Assembly: GCA_013265495.1 (NCBI GenBank)
Contig: MU058423.1
Coordinates: forward strand, 8,789,627-8,853,626
Length of the DNA stretch: 64,000 bases
Direction of reading: 5' to 3'
Source of the DNA: Vicugna vicugna
Lineage: Eukaryota
Below, one piece after another: positions 62,985-64,000 of this stretch; the first letter of the stretch is position 1, and each line of letters starts with the position of its first letter. The translations under genes and the position numbers were made by a program. The notes beneath the pieces are model-generated. The model was not told the DNA's origin, searched no databases, and saw nothing but the letters and a program-made list of their open reading frames with translations.

Positions 62985-64000
62985 TCAAGTGAGGTTTATT
63001 CCACAGGTGCAAAGCTCACTCAGTATTAAAAAAAAAATCAATGTAATCCACCACATTAACAGGTTAAAGAAAAATCACATAATCACATCAATCAATGCAG
63101 AAAAAGCACTTGACAAAATTCAATATTTGCTCATGATAAGAACTCTCAGAAGACAGAAATAGAGAGGAATTTCCACAAACTGATAGACTTCCAATTAATA
63201 CTTAATGATGAATGCCTGGATGTTTTCCCCACCAAGGCTGAGAACAAAGGAAGGATGTCTGCTCTCCCAGTCTTAATCATCACAGTGCTGGAAGTTCTAG
63301 CCAGTGCACCAAGGGAAGAAAAGGAAGTGAAAGATATAGAGGTTGGAAAGGAAATACAATTTGTCCCTATCTGTAGATGACATGATTGTCTAGACAGAAA
63401 TTCCCAGGAATTCACACACACATATTCTTAAATTTCAGGATACAAAATAAATATAGATAGAAAATCAACTGTATCTCTACATATGAGCAACTAACACATG
63501 GACACTGAAATTTTAAATACAATATCACTTACAGTCACTCAAAATAAAACTAAATATTTGGGTGTAAATCTAACAAAATGGGACTTACATGATGAAAGCT
63601 ACACAATGCTGATGAAAGGAATCAAGGAAGGCCTAAATAAATGAAGAGACATACTGTGTTTTTGGACTAGAAGATTCAGTAACAGGAAAGCTGTCAGTTC
63701 TCCCCAAACTGATACAGAGATTTAACACATTCGTACCAAAACCACAGCATGATTTTTTTTGTAGCTATGGAAGATTATTCTAAAATTTATATGGAAAAGA
63801 AAAGGAACAGGCATTGCTAAGACAATTTTGTTAAAGACAGAAAAGTGGGAGGAATCATTCTTTTGAAGTGAAGGCTCACTATACAGGTACACAATCAAGA
63901 CAGCGTAGCACTGGAGGACGGAAAGACACCTACCTCGATGGAACAGAATAAAGAACAAAGAAATAGATCTATCCAAATATGCCATCTAATTTTTGGCAGG
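62985..64000 (+). mobile_element. Degenerate L1 ORF2 (reverse transcriptase region), running off the window
   Basis: QVRFIPQVQ...[29 protein letters not shown] matches L1 ORF2 (QVGFIPGMQ...INVIHHINR...HMIISIDAEKAFDKIQ). Frameshifts and stops follow. Confidence 0.92.

Noticed and set aside
62950..63162. ORF with reverse-transcriptase-like residues
   Set aside because: It is a frameshifted fossil L1 ORF2 fragment, not an active or domesticated gene.

Overview
This is mammalian genomic DNA, most likely camelid, judged from five copies of a tRNA-derived vic-1-like SINE. It holds two known genes, both on the minus strand and in the same order as in human. (1) The 3' part of CDC14A: five internal coding exons (57369-57528, 47635-47750, 45808-45855, 43565-43687, 42511-42844) with GT-AG boundaries and matching phases, a terminal coding segment (27345-27374, SLQSEYVHY*) and a 3' UTR of about 2 kb. 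The catalytic exons lie beyond the right edge. (2) The complete orphan GPCR GPR88: a 383-aa CDS at 6065-7216, a probable untranslated first exon, a (GT)24-containing intron and a CpG island over the CDS. The rest is intronic or intergenic DNA with SINE, L1, L2, MIR, LTR and hAT remnants. I see no convincing new gene or new biological system. The best leads are regulatory. One is a stack of three uORFs in the GPR88 leader, including an in-frame one with strong Kozak context and a spliced one whose stop overlaps the main ATG. The other is up to four alternative CDC14A C-terminal tails from one phase-0 donor, including a candidate 73-nt cassette exon. Human comparisons and repeat family names are from memory, not from a search.
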